Source: Candidatus Latescibacterota bacterium
Lineage (GTDB): Bacteria; Latescibacterota; UBA2968; GCA-2709665
Length of the DNA stretch: 64,000 nt
Assembly: GCA_965222075.1 (NCBI GenBank)
Contig: OZ244937.1
Coordinates: 1,856,001 to 1,920,000 of the forward strand
Direction: 5' to 3'
Shown here: piece after piece, positions 37,825 to 48,102 of the stretch
Layout of the letters: each line of letters starts with the position of its first letter
How positions within the stretch are numbered: position 1 is the first letter of the stretch
Position numbers and translations under genes: made by a program
The notes under the pieces: generated by a model
What the model was told of the DNA's origin: nothing
Seen by the model: the letters and a program-made list of their open reading frames with translations, nothing else
The model's database searches: none

Positions 37825-38901
37825 TTACGGCCTGTAGAGGATTGCCTGCTCCAGCAGTTTGAAATCCTGGTCTGCTCCCCCTGCAATCAGCACCCTGCCG
37901 TCTGAAAGCAGCGTTGCGGTATGCCCACTGCGCACCCGCTCCAGACCGCCTCCCACAAAGTGGAAGACCCCCGTCTGGGGGTCGTAGACCTCTGCCTGGG
38001 CGTCTGCTCCGCCCACAATAAGAACCTTTCCATCCGGCAAAGGGATCGCTACATGGCCAAAGCGTACGGCTCCCATAAAGCCCGTAGCGGTAAACGCCCG
38101 ACTCACCGGATCGTAAATTTCAGCGCCAGGGGTCGGCGTAAAAGGCCCGCCGGTAACCGGCCTGCTGCCCCCGGCAATCAGGATCTTGCCGTCCTGCAGC
38201 TGCGTGGCCGTATGACCGAACCGAATCTGGGTCAAATCGCCAGCGGCAGAAAAGGATCCTGTCGCCAGATTGAAAAACCCTGCGGTTCTGACCCCTCCGC
38301 CTATAAACAGGAAGATGCCTTCTGCCAAGGGCGTGGTCGTATGGCCAATCCGCGTAGCCCCAACCCGTCCTGTGCGCGTAAACCCCCCGATAGCAGGGTC
38401 GTATATTTCCCCAATAGGGATGCCATCCCCGGTTAGGAAAACCCGTCCATCCGGCAGCAGCGTCGCCGTACGCACCGTCTGGACCGCCGTGAGGTCCCCC
38501 GTAGGCGTAAAGCCTCCCGAAGTGGGATCGTAAAGCTCTGCGGTCTGCTCCCCCCCTCCAACAACCAGCACCCTGCCATCTTGCAGCAGCACCGTTTTAT
38601 GTTCCTTACGCGGGTGAACCATGTTCCCGGTAGAACCGAATCTCCCGGTAGCGGGATCATAGACTTCTGCGCTTACCAGGCGGCGTCCCTCCGTCAGCCC
38701 CGCAACAGCCTGCGAGCCCCCCGCAATCAGGACCTTCCCATCCGACAGCAGCGTGGCCGAATGGTAGAGGCGCATCTGAACCATCTGGGCGGTTGTGCCA
38801 GGAGACTCGGAAGGTCCCGAAGTCGATGGCGAGGTCCCACAGGCGCCAACCACCAGCAACGCAGCAACAGCCACGCACCGATTCAGAAATCGGCGGACCA
38901 T
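37825..38901 (-). CDS. Kelch/galactose-oxidase-repeat lipoprotein
   Basis: Lipobox VGAC; about seven repeats of R..H.AT.L.DG.VL..GG...AE.YDP. Confidence 0.88.
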   Translation of the reverse strand: MVRRFLNRCVAVAALLVVGACGTSPSTSGPSESPGTTAQMVQMRLYHSATLLSDGKVLIAGGSQAVAGLTEGRRLVSAEVYDPATGRFGSTGNMVHPRKEHKTVLLQDGRVLVVGGGEQTAELYDPTSGGFTPTGDLTAVQTVRTATLLPDGRVFLTGDGIPIGEIYDPAIGGFTRTGRVGATRIGHTTTPLAEGIFLFIGGGVRTAGFFNLATGSFSAAGDLTQIRFGHTATQLQDGKILIAGGSRPVTGGPFTPTPGAEIYDPVSRAFTATGFMGAVRFGHVAIPLPDGKVLIVGGADAQAEVYDPQTGVFHFVGGGLERVRSGHTATLLSDGRVLIAGGADQDFKLLEQAILYRP

Positions 38902-39115
38902 ACCCACCTCTCCGTGTTGAACCATCCCCGCCGACACTGGCACCCTCCAATCCCGATCGCTTACGTCAATCGATATATATGCATCCTCGATAAAATGTCC
39001 ATTTATCGTGCCACGCAAGAATTTTCTCTGTTCATACAAGTAATATCGCAAGACACAGCCCCTTTTGTCAATACATTCCTATCCAAGAATTCTCGCAGCC
39101 GGACGGTCCGGGCAT

Positions 39116-39157
39116 AAAAAAAGACCGGAAGTCCACCCGCAGGTCTGACCTCCGGTC
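39116..39157 (-). terminator. Intrinsic terminator after the VIT-vWA gene
   Basis: Minus strand GACCGGAGGTC...GACTTCCGGTC followed by a T run. Confidence 0.7.
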
Positions 39158-39223
39158 CAGGGAGATGCCGTCCAGCCGGGGAAAAACGGCATCCAGCCCT
39201 CGTTCACAGCCCCCGCTTTGCGC

Positions 39224-41482
39224 TCACTCCGTCCTTCCGTAGCTCGCCGCAAACACCTGGAAATCTGAAAACCCCACCCTGCCGTCCCCGCTCAGATCGT
39301 AAACCGCCTCATACCCGGCCTCGCCTGCGGCCGTTCCAAAATGCCTTGCAAAAGCGGAGAAATCCGTAAAATCGACCCGGCCGTCTCCGTTGAAATCCCC
39401 CAGCCCCCTTTCGGTCTCCTCAACGTCAACCCCGATCCGATAAGTGACGCCTCCATGCCGCACAATCAGTTCCTTGCCCAACGCCAGGTAGGGCCCCAGA
39501 TGGGGCTGTTGGGCCACAAGGTCAAAATAACGCGCACTCCCAAACCGGTAGGTGACCGCCGCCTCGCCCTCCACAACCTCCACATCCTTCCAGACCCCGT
39601 CTCTCAGATAAAAGGTCTTCCGGCCCACCACCTGTACCCCCCCTTCTTGATTCACAACCGTCGTCTGTGGGGCAGCCGTCGCCCCGGCCAGGCTCCGGGT
39701 GGCCTCTGAAGCGGCCACCGCGTCCGCCCCCGATTCCTCCGCAAACCCTTCTCCAAAGGAGATGGGCACAGTCGGCTCATCCTCTACAATCAAAAACGAC
39801 GTATAGGGGGTGATAATCCCGTAGGTCCGGCTCAAGGAGACAATCTCATCCACCAGTTCCTTGTCCTCCCCGTTCAGCCGGATCTGGTCCAGCAGGAACC
39901 CGACCTTGCGGGTCGCCCAGAGCCGGGGCAGAAAATCATTCTCCGGCGCCTCTGCTGGAAACCAGACCTGTCGGGAAAAGGACATCGGCTCCCCATTGGC
40001 CGTTCCAGAAAGGGTCACCATCTCCTCTCCGGATGCGCTGTACCGGCCGAACTGAACGATCTGAGACCCCTTGAACAGGTCCGGCAGCGCGGCCGGATAG
40101 AGGTCGCCCACCGAAATCCTCCCAAAATCGAGCGTAACCTCCGACAGCACCGGATGGCTGACCTGCGTGTAAAACGCCGAAACCTCCGCCTCAATATCCT
40201 CTCCAGGCGCTACATAGGCCGACGTCCCGTGGTTTTCAGTGCCCAGCCGGTCCAGCAGATGGGTATTCACATCGTACCCCACGCCAAACGCAAAAACCCG
40301 GGCGCCCAACCGGTTCTTCTCGTGCACATCCTTCAGGATCTCACTGTTCTGCGTCACCCCCACCGTGGCCAGCCCATCCGTCATAAAAAGGATCATATTC
40401 ACATACCCATCGTCCCGAAGCTGATCCAGCGCAGCCAGCAGCGACCCGTGGATATTGGTCCCTCCACTTGCCTCTAACTTATCCACGTAATCGATTGCAG
40501 CAGAAATGGTTTTGGAAGTGACACCGGCCATTTCTGAAGCAAACAAAGAAACCAGCGTACTGTAATCAAAAATGTTGAACTCATCCTGGGCATTCAGGTT
40601 GCGCAGCACGAATTTAAGCGCCTCCCGGGCCTGAAACATCTTCTCGCCCGACATACTCCCCGACCGGTCCAGCACCAGCGCCACCCGTTTCCGGGCCGCC
40701 TCCCCCTCCTCCACTTCTACCTCAGGCGCAGCTAAGAGCATGTAGAACCCGTCCTGGCCCGGTTCCCGGTAGGTCAGCAGATTCATCCCCACCTCGTCTC
40801 GCGACACGCTGTAATAGAGCACAAAATCCGTTTCCGGCATCGTCTTCTCTTCCGCATATATCACCGTCACACGGTGGTCATCCGACCGCACAACCTCGAT
40901 CTTGTGAGAGGGCGAATACACGCTCTTGATTGGGTCCGATGACTCGATCTCGACCCGCACCATCACCAGGTCGAGGGGCCGCGCCGAAAACTTCTCCGTA
41001 TTCAGCGGATACACATATTTTCGGACCTCGTCCCGCTGGGGCACCACCTCGCTGTAGGTCAACTGCACCCGCTTCTCCTGCCCGGCCACAATCGGGAAGA
41101 TTCGCGCCCGGTAGGCCCCCCGCCCGGCGTACTCTAAGAGCGCCGGATCAATCCGCCTCCGCACGATATCGGTGTAGATCTTGCGCGCCTCATCCGCTCT
41201 GAGCAACTCTGCGGTCAGCTGCTCGCCGTCTACAAACATCGAAAATGCCGAAATCGCCGCCCCCTCCGGAATCGGGAACATGTAGGTCCCCTCCACCTCT
41301 CCGAACCGTGACAGGTTCAAAAATGTCTGGTCGATCTCAGTTACGGCCGCCTGGTCCCGGATTGACACATTCACGACATGCCGCACAATCGCCAACTCCA
41401 CCCAGGGCTCTGGAAGAATAATCCCATCGGCCCCGACGGAGACCGGCAGAAGGAGCAGACACACCAGCAGCATTCGTTTCAT
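39224..41482 (-). CDS. Secreted VIT + vWA domain protein with C-terminal dockerin/EF-hand pair
   Basis: Signal peptide; VIT (EGTYMFPIP...AISAF); MIDAS DRSGSM, GGTNI, TDG; RLWA; TPYTSFL; GDFNGDGRVDFTDF...YDLSGDGRVGFSDF. Confidence 0.9.
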   Translation of the reverse strand: MKRMLLVCLLLLPVSVGADGIILPEPWVELAIVRHVVNVSIRDQAAVTEIDQTFLNLSRFGEVEGTYMFPIPEGAAISAFSMFVDGEQLTAELLRADEARKIYTDIVRRRIDPALLEYAGRGAYRARIFPIVAGQEKRVQLTYSEVVPQRDEVRKYVYPLNTEKFSARPLDLVMVRVEIESSDPIKSVYSPSHKIEVVRSDDHRVTVIYAEEKTMPETDFVLYYSVSRDEVGMNLLTYREPGQDGFYMLLAAPEVEVEEGEAARKRVALVLDRSGSMSGEKMFQAREALKFVLRNLNAQDEFNIFDYSTLVSLFASEMAGVTSKTISAAIDYVDKLEASGGTNIHGSLLAALDQLRDDGYVNMILFMTDGLATVGVTQNSEILKDVHEKNRLGARVFAFGVGYDVNTHLLDRLGTENHGTSAYVAPGEDIEAEVSAFYTQVSHPVLSEVTLDFGRISVGDLYPAALPDLFKGSQIVQFGRYSASGEEMVTLSGTANGEPMSFSRQVWFPAEAPENDFLPRLWATRKVGFLLDQIRLNGEDKELVDEIVSLSRTYGIITPYTSFLIVEDEPTVPISFGEGFAEESGADAVAASEATRSLAGATAAPQTTVVNQEGGVQVVGRKTFYLRDGVWKDVEVVEGEAAVTYRFGSARYFDLVAQQPHLGPYLALGKELIVRHGGVTYRIGVDVEETERGLGDFNGDGRVDFTDFSAFARHFGTAAGEAGYEAVYDLSGDGRVGFSDFQVFAASYGRTE

Positions 41483-41524
41483 TATTCGGCCCTCCTCTGG
41501 TCTTGGGTTCGGGAGGTTCACAAC

Positions 41525-41540
41525 TGCAAGATATGTGCCA
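41525..41540 (-). promoter_or_regulatory. sigma54 (-24/-12) promoter
   Basis: Minus strand TGGCACATATCTTGCA is a perfect TGGCAC-N5-TTGCA, 43 bp before the ATG. Confidence 0.82.
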
Positions 41541-41560
41541 AAACCGCAGGGCGCATAAAA

Positions 41561-41584
41561 GTAGGGGCGACCGGCCGGTCGCCC
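41561..41584 (+). repeat. Single GTAG REP
   Basis: GTAGGGGCGACCGGCCGGTCGCCC. Confidence 0.7.
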
Positions 41585-41605
41585 ACATTCCAGGGACAAT
41601 TTCTT

Positions 41606-41636
41606 TCAGAAATCTGAGATATTCTCAGATTTCTGA
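41606..41636. promoter_or_regulatory. Twin dyad TCAGA-NN-TCTGA sites, candidate enhancer (UAS)
   Basis: TCAGAAATCTGAGA-TAT-TCTCAGATTTCTGA, 65-95 bp upstream of the -24 box. Confidence 0.55.
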
Positions 41637-41651
41637 GAATTTTAAGGTCTA

Positions 41652-42722
41652 CTAAAGCGAGGTGTCCATCGAAAGGGTATAGACGTGTTTCCGGTAAAAT
41701 CCACCGCTTTGGCGGGCGCCGTTGCGGAAAAACCCGTATTGGAGCGAAATACCGAAACGATCGGTCACCTGACGCGACAGCTTCAGCACCCCCATGGTCT
41801 GTTCGTACTCATCGACCTCCGATCCGCCCCCGGGCAGGGGAATCAGAGAATCGTCATACCTGCGGAACTGCACGTTCACATACGCCTGGCCGTCCACCCC
41901 ACCCACAAGGTGCCGGATCACCAGCGCCTGCACCCGGTGCGCGCTAAAGCCGTACCCAAAACTGTTGGATCGATTGTCTAAGAATCCATACGTCAGGTGA
42001 ACCAGCATCCCCCAGTAGACCTGGACGCCTGCGGAGCCCCCCCTCACCAGGTCCGATTGCCCGAATCCCAGGGGGACCACTCCCCCGCCAGGATCCCATT
42101 CCAGTGCGGGCCGGTCGTAGTCCAGCCACCGCCAGGTGACCCCCACACGCCCCCGCAACTGGCGGGATCTGCCATAACACCCTTCAATGCCCACTTCGTG
42201 CAGCGAAACCTCAGGCAGGAGCGCATCCCGTGAATCGTCTCCTCCCCGGCGGTAGTACAGGGTTCCGGAAGCCCCTTTGCTCAGGCGTGCCACAGCCCTG
42301 CCCTCCACCGACCCGCGCAGGTAGCCCTCCTCCCCTGGAACCCGGCTGACCTGCTTCACTTTCAGCACGCTGCTGTTGGACAGCACAACCCGCTTGGCCA
42401 CCCGGATCTGACCGGCCACCTCCAACCGGTTGACCACCACATCCCCGGCCCTGCCGTCCGCCTGCCGCTCCGCCTGCCAGAACCGCTTGATCCCTCCTTG
42501 ATGCTGGACGGACACGTATCCCCTGGACCGGCGCAGAAGGTATCCCGAAGCGAACACGTAAAGCCGGTTGACCCATCCCCCCTGCGGATCAACCTGCGCC
42601 TCAAAGAGGTTGCTGTCGTGCGCCATCCCCGCAACGGCGTGCACCTCCGCCGCCTGCCCCCCCTGTATGTCCCCCATCACCCCCAAAAGGACCACACCCA
42701 GCAGCACCCCCCGCCCCCTCAC
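41652..42722 (-). CDS. Outer-membrane beta-barrel protein
   Basis: Signal peptide, HDSNLF, alternating aromatic beta-strands and C-terminal YTLSMDTSL. Confidence 0.65.
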   Translation of the reverse strand: MRGRGVLLGVVLLGVMGDIQGGQAAEVHAVAGMAHDSNLFEAQVDPQGGWVNRLYVFASGYLLRRSRGYVSVQHQGGIKRFWQAERQADGRAGDVVVNRLEVAGQIRVAKRVVLSNSSVLKVKQVSRVPGEEGYLRGSVEGRAVARLSKGASGTLYYRRGGDDSRDALLPEVSLHEVGIEGCYGRSRQLRGRVGVTWRWLDYDRPALEWDPGGGVVPLGFGQSDLVRGGSAGVQVYWGMLVHLTYGFLDNRSNSFGYGFSAHRVQALVIRHLVGGVDGQAYVNVQFRRYDDSLIPLPGGGSEVDEYEQTMGVLKLSRQVTDRFGISLQYGFFRNGARQSGGFYRKHVYTLSMDTSL

Positions 42723-43750
42723 TTCCGCTCCTCCAACATCTGCTGGATTCTCTTCCGAAAGACCGCAACCTGTTCCCTGAGCGCCCGGTCGCGTGCCCGA
42801 AGCACCGCCCGGTGCGCCTTCAATTTCTCGATCTCCACCGCGAGATCCCCCGCGCCCAGATCCGCCGGGAGGCCCTGTGCGCTGCCCGGGGACACCTCTC
42901 TGCCGGCCACCACATCTTCTGGGACAGACTCCCCCGACAAGGATTCCGTATCGGCGGCCACGTCCCCCCGGGCCGCAGCCTCAGGGGCACCCTCACCGGC
43001 CCCTTCGCCTCCAGAGGGAACCGCCGTCTGCTTTTCTCCGGCCGCAATCGCCCTCCCTTCGGGCAGATTCTCATCGAACAGCGTTGTCTCACGGGCAAAT
43101 GCCACGAACCGGGCACGCAGGCGCCGCTCTTCCCCTAATCGGCGCAAACGGCGTTCCGTCACCTGTACCTCCGCACGCAGCCGGGCCGCCATATCCTCCA
43201 TCAAATCGGCCTTCTGGCGGATCTCATCGAGCCCGTCATCCTCCCGAATCACCAGCAGATTGGCCTCGGGCTTGCCCGATCCGGCGGCAGTCTCCTGCGC
43301 CAGGGCCTCGCGCGCCTCCTGAAGGGCCGTCAACTGCCGGATCAACGCCCGGTCCGGGGCCTCACCTAACCGCCCGATCAACGCCCCGATCTCCCGGTCG
43401 TACGCCTCCCCGAACTGCTCCCGCAGCACCTTCAGCACCCTGCACACCCCTTCCAACTCACGGTCGACGGCCTCCACACGCCCCACCAGCCCTACGGACC
43501 TGCGCAGGGCCTCCTCCAGTGCGCCGCCCGCCCTTGTCCCTTCCCTCTCCGCCTTGAGGCTGTCGATTTGGGCCGAAAGACGCTCCAGTTCAGCCGTAAG
43601 CCGAGATCGATGGAACAGCAGGGAATCCTGCACGGCCTGCAACCGGTTCCACTCGGCCTGCTGAGCCTCAATCCCTTCGGGACCGGCCCTCACACTCCCT
43701 GTAAAGAGTGTCAAAGATAGTATACTGATTATAAAAAACTTAGATGTCAT
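42719..43750 (-). CDS. Exported coiled-coil protein
   Basis: Signal peptide; long heptad E/R/L/A segments. Confidence 0.65.
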   Translation of the reverse strand: MTSKFFIISILSLTLFTGSVRAGPEGIEAQQAEWNRLQAVQDSLLFHRSRLTAELERLSAQIDSLKAEREGTRAGGALEEALRRSVGLVGRVEAVDRELEGVCRVLKVLREQFGEAYDREIGALIGRLGEAPDRALIRQLTALQEAREALAQETAAGSGKPEANLLVIREDDGLDEIRQKADLMEDMAARLRAEVQVTERRLRRLGEERRLRARFVAFARETTLFDENLPEGRAIAAGEKQTAVPSGGEGAGEGAPEAAARGDVAADTESLSGESVPEDVVAGREVSPGSAQGLPADLGAGDLAVEIEKLKAHRAVLRARDRALREQVAVFRKRIQQMLEERK

Positions 43751-43796
43751 TCTGCAGGTCTCCTGACCACCACCTCCTGCTTACTGCCTTCTGCGT

Positions 43797-45191
43797 TCAC
43801 TCCAACCCGTACTTATCCAGTTTGTAATAAAGCGCGCTCGTTTTAATCCCCAAAATCTCGGCCGCCCGGGTCTTCACCCCCCTGGCCTGCGCCAGCGCCT
43901 GTTCGATAAGCTGCCGCTCCAACTCCTCCAGTTTTCGGGTCAGGGGAACCCGGCCCTCTGGAAGCGCTATCCCCTCTTCTCCTTGCGCCTGCTCAAACGT
44001 CAGCGGCAGATCGTTCGCATTGACCTCCTCCCCATCGGAAAGGACAACCGTGCGCTCGATTACATTTTCCAGTTCGCGCACATTTCCCGGCCAGCTGTAA
44101 TTCACCAGCGCCTCCAGAGCCCGGTCCGCCAGCCGCACGATCGGCCGGTTCATCTCCCTGCATTTCTTCTGCAAAAAGTGTTCCACCAGGTCAGGGATAT
44201 CCCCTTTTCGCGCCCTCAAGGGCGGCAGGTGGATCGGGATCACCTCCAGCCGGTAGAAGAGATCTTCCCGGAAACTCCTCTTGGCCACCATCTCCTTCAA
44301 GGAACGGTGCGTTGCCGCAACCACGCGCACATCCGCCTTGAGCGTCTCCTCTCCCCCAACCCGGTCAAACTCATTCTCCTGGAGCACCCGCAGCAGGTGG
44401 ACCTGGACCTCTAAGGGGATATCGCCGATCTCATCTAAGAAGATCGTCCCCCTCTCCCCCAACTCGAACTTCCCCTTTTTCCGCCGAACCGCTCCCGTAA
44501 ACGCCCCCTTTTCATGCCCGAAAAGCTCACTCTCCACCAGTTCTCTGGGCAGAGATCCGCAGTTGACCTTTACAAATGGCCCCTCCTTGCGGGCGCTCTC
44601 CCGGTGGATTGCCCTGGCCACCAACTCCTTCCCCGTACCGCTCTCTCCGTAGACCAGAACCACCGAATCGCTCGCTGCAACCTTCTGCACCGTCGCAAAA
44701 ACCTCCTGCATCCGGCTGCTCTCGCCCACCATCTCGCCGAAATTGTAGCGGCCGCCAATCTCCTCTCGGAGATAGCGATTCTCCTCATCCAGCCGCTCCC
44801 GCGCCTTCTGGGTCTCACGGTGCTCCAAGACCTTCTCCACCTTCAGCCGCAGGGCATCAGGCGGGAAGGGCTTGGCAATAAAATCGACCGCGCCCATCTT
44901 CATCGCCTCCACCGCAATCTCAATCGTCCCGTAGGCCGTAATCAAAACCACATCCGTATCCGGCCGTTCCTGCCGAACCGTCTGCAGCACCTCAAGCCCG
45001 TCCATCTCCTCCATCTTGTAGTCCGTAATCACCAGGTCAAACGCCTGCTCCTGCAACCGGCCCAGCCCCTCCGGGCCGCTGGCCGCCTCCACCGCTTCGT
45101 GTCCCATCCGTTCCATCACCAGCGCCACACCGCCTCGCATCGTCTCGTTGTCCTCAATGACCAGAACCCGGCTCACAGGAGACCCTTTCAA
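43797..45191 (-). CDS. sigma54-dependent response regulator (NtrC/AtoC/ZraR family)
   Basis: REC domain (VIEDNE, TDYKM), GESGTGKE, GAFTGA, FLDEIGD, WPGNVRELEN and a Fis HTH. Confidence 0.96.
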   Translation of the reverse strand: MKGSPVSRVLVIEDNETMRGGVALVMERMGHEAVEAASGPEGLGRLQEQAFDLVITDYKMEEMDGLEVLQTVRQERPDTDVVLITAYGTIEIAVEAMKMGAVDFIAKPFPPDALRLKVEKVLEHRETQKARERLDEENRYLREEIGGRYNFGEMVGESSRMQEVFATVQKVAASDSVVLVYGESGTGKELVARAIHRESARKEGPFVKVNCGSLPRELVESELFGHEKGAFTGAVRRKKGKFELGERGTIFLDEIGDIPLEVQVHLLRVLQENEFDRVGGEETLKADVRVVAATHRSLKEMVAKRSFREDLFYRLEVIPIHLPPLRARKGDIPDLVEHFLQKKCREMNRPIVRLADRALEALVNYSWPGNVRELENVIERTVVLSDGEEVNANDLPLTFEQAQGEEGIALPEGRVPLTRKLEELERQLIEQALAQARGVKTRAAEILGIKTSALYYKLDKYGLE

Positions 45192-45218
45192 TTGAATATT
45201 GAAAAACCTTCACAATCT

Positions 45219-46685
45219 TCAACCTTTACTTCCCTCATACTCGGGCACCACCACCCGAAACACCGTCCCCACCCCCGGCTCGTTCTCTACCTCCACCCGT
45301 CCCCCGTTCTCTTCCACGACCTTCTGCACAATGGCCAGCCCCAACCCTGCGCCCTTTTCTCGAGTGGTAAAAAAGGGCTCAAACAGCCGTCCCATCACCT
45401 CCGCAGACATCCCCGATCCCGTATCGGCAACCGCAATTTCAACACCAGGTCTTGCCCGGCATGCCCGCATGGTCAGGGTCCCGCCCTCCGGCATGGCCTG
45501 CACCCCATTCACCATCAGGTTGATCAACACCCGCTTGAACTGGTCCACATCGACGTAAGCCTGGAGATCCTCTGGAATCTCCCGAACACAGCGAACCTCT
45601 GTGCCTTCCATCTCCGGAGCCAGAAGGAAGGCGACCTCTTCGGCCAGCTGCGCCACCCCAACCGGTGTGGGACTGGGGGGCGCAGGCCGGGCGAAATCCA
45701 TGAACTCCGAAATCACCCGCTTCAGGGTCTTCACCTCGCCAATCACCTTCTGGATGTGGACCTTGCGTGGATCGCCATCGGGCAGATCGCCCGCAATCAA
45801 CCCGGCATAGATCTCGATGCCTCCCAGGGGATTGCAGATCTCGTGCGCCACCCCCGCCAGCATCTGCCGGAGCTGCTCGTCCCGGGCCAGGATCTTGCGC
45901 CGCATCTCCTCCATCGTCTCCCCGAGATACCCCAGTTCATCCCGGGAAGACGGCGCCACCGGTTGGTCCAGGTTGCCGCGGCCGATCGCTTGCGCAGCCC
46001 GGACCAGGCGGTAGGTCGGCCTCGTCAGCGTCCGTGCCAGGCCCAGCCCGATCGCCACGGTCAGCACGGCGCTGATGCTCCCCAAAATCAGAACCGACTG
46101 CCCAAAGGCCCGGATCGCATCCAGAAACCCCGCTCCGATATCGACCCCCACGCCCCCCACCACCTCCTCCCCGGCATGGATCGGCGCATAACCCGACTTA
46201 TACTCAACCCCGTCTTCGCCCTGAAAGCGTAGCGAATGCGCCGGCTTTCCCACCCAGACCGAATCCAGTTCTGACCGGTCGATCCGGAGTCGAACGTACT
46301 CCCGCCCAATCGGGACATCCGGTTTCGTATCCAGAAGGCTCCGCCCCTGTCGGTCAAACACATAGATCCGGCGCGCATCCACCATATCCCGGGCCCGCCG
46401 GAGCCGGTTCGTCAGACGCTTGTAAAGCCGCCCCCCTTCATATCCGGGCTGCAGCCAGCTCACCGCATCCCCGTCGATCCCCTCTGCAACCAGTTGTGCC
46501 ACGGCCAAGAGCCGCTCGCTCATCTGGCGCTCCAGGCTGCGGCGCGTCAAACTGTAGAGCACCCAGCCGGTGCCCCCAACCACAACCATCACAAACGCAA
46601 CAAAGGTCAAAACCAGCCTGCGCCCAATCCGTCCCCGGAACGCCGGAGACGCGACTTTGCCCTGCTGGGGTCCTCTCACGTTCAC
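45219..46685 (-). CDS. Membrane sensor histidine kinase with HAMP domain
   Basis: Two TM segments, DELGYL, AHEICNPL, NLMVNG, DTGSG, FEPFFTT and GAGLGL. Start approximate. Confidence 0.93.
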   Translation of the reverse strand: MNVRGPQQGKVASPAFRGRIGRRLVLTFVAFVMVVVGGTGWVLYSLTRRSLERQMSERLLAVAQLVAEGIDGDAVSWLQPGYEGGRLYKRLTNRLRRARDMVDARRIYVFDRQGRSLLDTKPDVPIGREYVRLRIDRSELDSVWVGKPAHSLRFQGEDGVEYKSGYAPIHAGEEVVGGVGVDIGAGFLDAIRAFGQSVLILGSISAVLTVAIGLGLARTLTRPTYRLVRAAQAIGRGNLDQPVAPSSRDELGYLGETMEEMRRKILARDEQLRQMLAGVAHEICNPLGGIEIYAGLIAGDLPDGDPRKVHIQKVIGEVKTLKRVISEFMDFARPAPPSPTPVGVAQLAEEVAFLLAPEMEGTEVRCVREIPEDLQAYVDVDQFKRVLINLMVNGVQAMPEGGTLTMRACRARPGVEIAVADTGSGMSAEVMGRLFEPFFTTREKGAGLGLAIVQKVVEENGGRVEVENEPGVGTVFRVVVPEYEGSKG

Positions 46686-46861
46686 CTCTGTTCGTTCCCC
46701 CCGGCAGAAGCCCCCGGGAATGAGCGATTCCAAACCGCTGACAGGTCCAAAAGGATTCCCAGTTCCACACTTTGGACGCCAAGACAAAAGCCGATTTGAA
46801 CACCCTCAGGCCCAAAACCGGGAGGATCCTTCAAATCGGCTCTCTCCTGGACAAGCTGCCC

Positions 46862-47488
46862 TTACTCGCGAAAGCGGAAGGTCTGGGTCACCTGTCGATA
46901 GACCTCTACATCGATAATAAAACCGATAGCTGTCGTCGATGTATCGGGGGCGCCCAGCGTATGGACCGCATACCCCAGTCCCTGCCGAGACAGATAGGTT
47001 TCATACATCACACGGTTTCCCTCCCCATGGACCAGCTCTTCGGCGGATTCGCCGTTAATCACCAGCGAGCGTCGGGAGCGCAGCTTCTCTCCCACCTGTC
47101 CGGTCCGGATATCGCCCAGGTCTTTCGGCGCCGCCGAAGGGTTTCGAAGGCGAAAAACATCCACAAAAAAAGGGGCAAGAACCGACGCCCGCTCGGTAGG
47201 GGGGACCACCACGGCCACCGGTTCAAAGACCGAAGTGTCCGGAGGCTGATACTGATGAGAAAACGTCAATTCCCTCTCGGGGATAATAAACCATCCTGCC
47301 TGAGCCAGCTCCTGGGGTACCGAAATCTCAAACCCAAACTCACGGCTGACAAACCGATTCGTGGCTTCAGGCACATTGGTGCCACATCCACCCAAGAGGA
47401 AGGCGAACAGCCCCCAAAGGACCAGCAGAAAAGCCCGGCAGGCCCTATCTCCTGTAAAAATCCCACTCCCCTGTCTTAAGTCTCGCAC
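46862..47488 (-). CDS. Lipoprotein of unknown function (PsbP-like)
   Basis: Lipobox LGGC; FGFEISVP; TFRF at the C-terminus. Confidence 0.55.
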   Translation of the reverse strand: MRDLRQGSGIFTGDRACRAFLLVLWGLFAFLLGGCGTNVPEATNRFVSREFGFEISVPQELAQAGWFIIPERELTFSHQYQPPDTSVFEPVAVVVPPTERASVLAPFFVDVFRLRNPSAAPKDLGDIRTGQVGEKLRSRRSLVINGESAEELVHGEGNRVMYETYLSRQGLGYAVHTLGAPDTSTTAIGFIIDVEVYRQVTQTFRFRE

Positions 47489-47826
47489 AGTTCTTCTCCC
47501 AGTTCATCAATCAGTTTCCACAGGTAATCATAGGTATAAATACCCGTATCGTGTCCGTCGCTCCATTTGATCTGAACCGCATACCGGCCCACCGGAACCA
47601 CCGTTGAGACCTCATCGGTAGCCGTCATCTCGGCAGCGCTGAGCATGGGCAACCCATCCTCCTCTGCCTGCCTTCCCCGCCGGTCGACACACAGCGCACA
47701 CGGACAGCACCTGCGCAGGTAAGACAGCTTGATCCGGCGCCTTCCAACGCCCTTCCACTCAATCTCCATCTCCCCTGCTTCCCGCCGGACATTGATGCGC
47801 AAGGGAACATTCGATTTTGATGTCAC
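47476..47826 (-). CDS. DUF971 / GBBH-like N-terminal domain protein
   Basis: LRRCCPCALC and VGRYAVQIKWSDGHDTGIYTYDYL. Confidence 0.88.
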   Translation of the reverse strand: MTSKSNVPLRINVRREAGEMEIEWKGVGRRRIKLSYLRRCCPCALCVDRRGRQAEEDGLPMLSAAEMTATDEVSTVVPVGRYAVQIKWSDGHDTGIYTYDYLWKLIDELGEELCET

Positions 47827-48102
47827 AACACCCTATCCATCAAGCATCACGAGGCCTCTTTCAGCCTCAAATTTAAGCTTGACTTTTTCTCTTAGTGAAC
47901 TAAATTAATTTCATTGATAACTTGTCTGTTTAAAACCGTCATTCTGAAAGACGTTTTCGCCGTATTTCGATATTTTTCAGGCCGTTTTCAACGCCGGGCC
48001 GGGCTGAAGAAAGCCATCGGCCCGGAACTTTTTGTATGTATCAGGGGTCTATGTGGGTGGTTAATTCACCTCAGGGTATCCCCATAAACAACGGCAATCG
48101 CA

